A stretch of 62,251 nt of DNA. Origin: Nemertoderma westbladi. Lineage: Eukaryota > Animalia > Xenacoelomorpha. Each line of letters begins with the position of its first letter. Position 1 is the stretch's first letter. Location of the stretch: contig JAUCBJ010001678.1 in the NCBI GenBank assembly GCA_032718475.1, forward strand, positions 1 to 62,251, given 5' to 3'. This document shows positions 61,082-62,251 of the stretch, piece by piece. The position numbers and the translations under genes were made by a program. The notes beneath the pieces are model-generated. The model saw only the letters and a list, made by a program, of their open reading frames with translations. It was not told the origin of the DNA and made no database searches.

Positions 61082-62251
61082 TTAGTAAAATAATGATGGT
61101 GGCAAAACCAGAAAACAGCTGCTGCTACGGTACCGGTAGTTTATAATTAAAATATTTGAAATATATACTTCTGATTGTATACATACTACGCAAGTATGCG
61201 TACGGTAGTTAACTACTGAACTACGGCCGTACGATACCGGTACTGATCGAATTACCTAACTAGTGCATGTTGGTAGAAGGACCGGCACCGTCACTGCGTT
61301 ATAGATACAACTCTATTGCTGACTTCCATTCATGCGCTACCTATCTCTCTCTCTCTCTACCCTATGTCAGTATTTTGTAGGCCTATATTCAGATCTTGTC
61401 TGCTTGTGTTGTATGTACTTTGTATATTTCCAGTTTAGAGTAAGGCAATCTAATCAATTTATTGTCTTTTAATTTATCAATCAGTATATCTGTAAAACCA
61501 GCTTGGTGTATAGCAATTATTTGTTTACGTGTTTTCCATGGCAACATAAGGTCTCAAACTGTTATCAGCTGGTATCAATTGATTGGCTCTTGCATGCAAA
61601 AACTACATTCATTACAATTTTACATTATATCTCTCAATATCTGGGTTATTATTTTTCAAGACAGCCGCCCTTGTTAAAACTGCAGCAATTGAATTTGAAT
61701 AGTTACCTTTCGGGTAATAATGTATAATAATTACCTTTTCTTTTTCCTTAGGTCTAGTTTGTCGTGCAATCGGAGACTAGTAATTAATTTCTCTACTTGT
61801 GAGAGAGTATATTTTGGTGCTTGTAATAATCCGTATAAGGCATTCATTTGCTATGGTTGTTTGTGGTATTAATAATAATAATTATTATTGGATCTTGTAT
61901 GCGGATTCGCAGCTTGGCGGCTTGCATATGGTTAAGGCCGGAGTATCCCCCCCCCCCCTAGTCAAAATTAAAAATATCTTGTTTTTCTGTATGATGGTCT
62001 GTCAGTCAAATTGTAGGACAGACAGACAACCGACTGACAGACTAGATTCCACCAAACCTCAAAAGTTACATCGGAAAGTAAATCTGACCCCGAAATCCCC
62101 TATAATGAAAGTTTTAGCTCGATGATGTGCTTCTTTCGAGCCAGAAATGATTAACCAACCAGACCACAGGCAGCCAGTTTTGGTGGGAATGTTGAAATTT
62201 TGAAGGAACAACTCTGAATGACATTTTTAATTTTTCAAATCACTACTCATC

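Overview
AT-rich, repeat-dense animal (invertebrate-like) genomic DNA; the species cannot be determined. Three intact spliced host genes can be rebuilt: CPT2 (+, 3 exons, 7748-15754), a scratch zinc-finger repressor with SNAG and PLDLS motifs (-, 5 exons, 47416-52311) and cytosolic carboxypeptidase AGBL4/CCP6 (-, 2 exons, 58770-61081). The centre is a complete integrated Polinton/Maverick (adintovirus-like) element, 18676-45009, with 491-bp TIRs and a CATGTT target-site duplication, inserted in-frame into a LINE remnant. It carries pPolB, integrase, packaging ATPase, adenain protease, major capsid, two tandem minor capsids and core proteins. It also has accessory genes: a TATA-binding-protein-like gene overlapping the pPolB stop, a PC4-like protein, a RING protein and a putative DEDD-type nuclease. 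Main leads: (1) the TBP-like/PC4-like pair flanking pPolB; (2) a pre-miRNA-sized hairpin near the right TIR with a 29/30-nt copy of the element's own pPolB sequence; (3) disabling lesions in virion and accessory genes while the replication genes stay open; (4) a PWWP-domain ORF in a CACTA element nested several levels deep; (5) a 49-bp satellite that multiplies a scratch splice donor about 37 times; (6) a G-U-rich hairpin before a zinc-knuckle ORF at the left end. All calls come from reading the sequence and recalled family motifs; no searches or folding programs were run.
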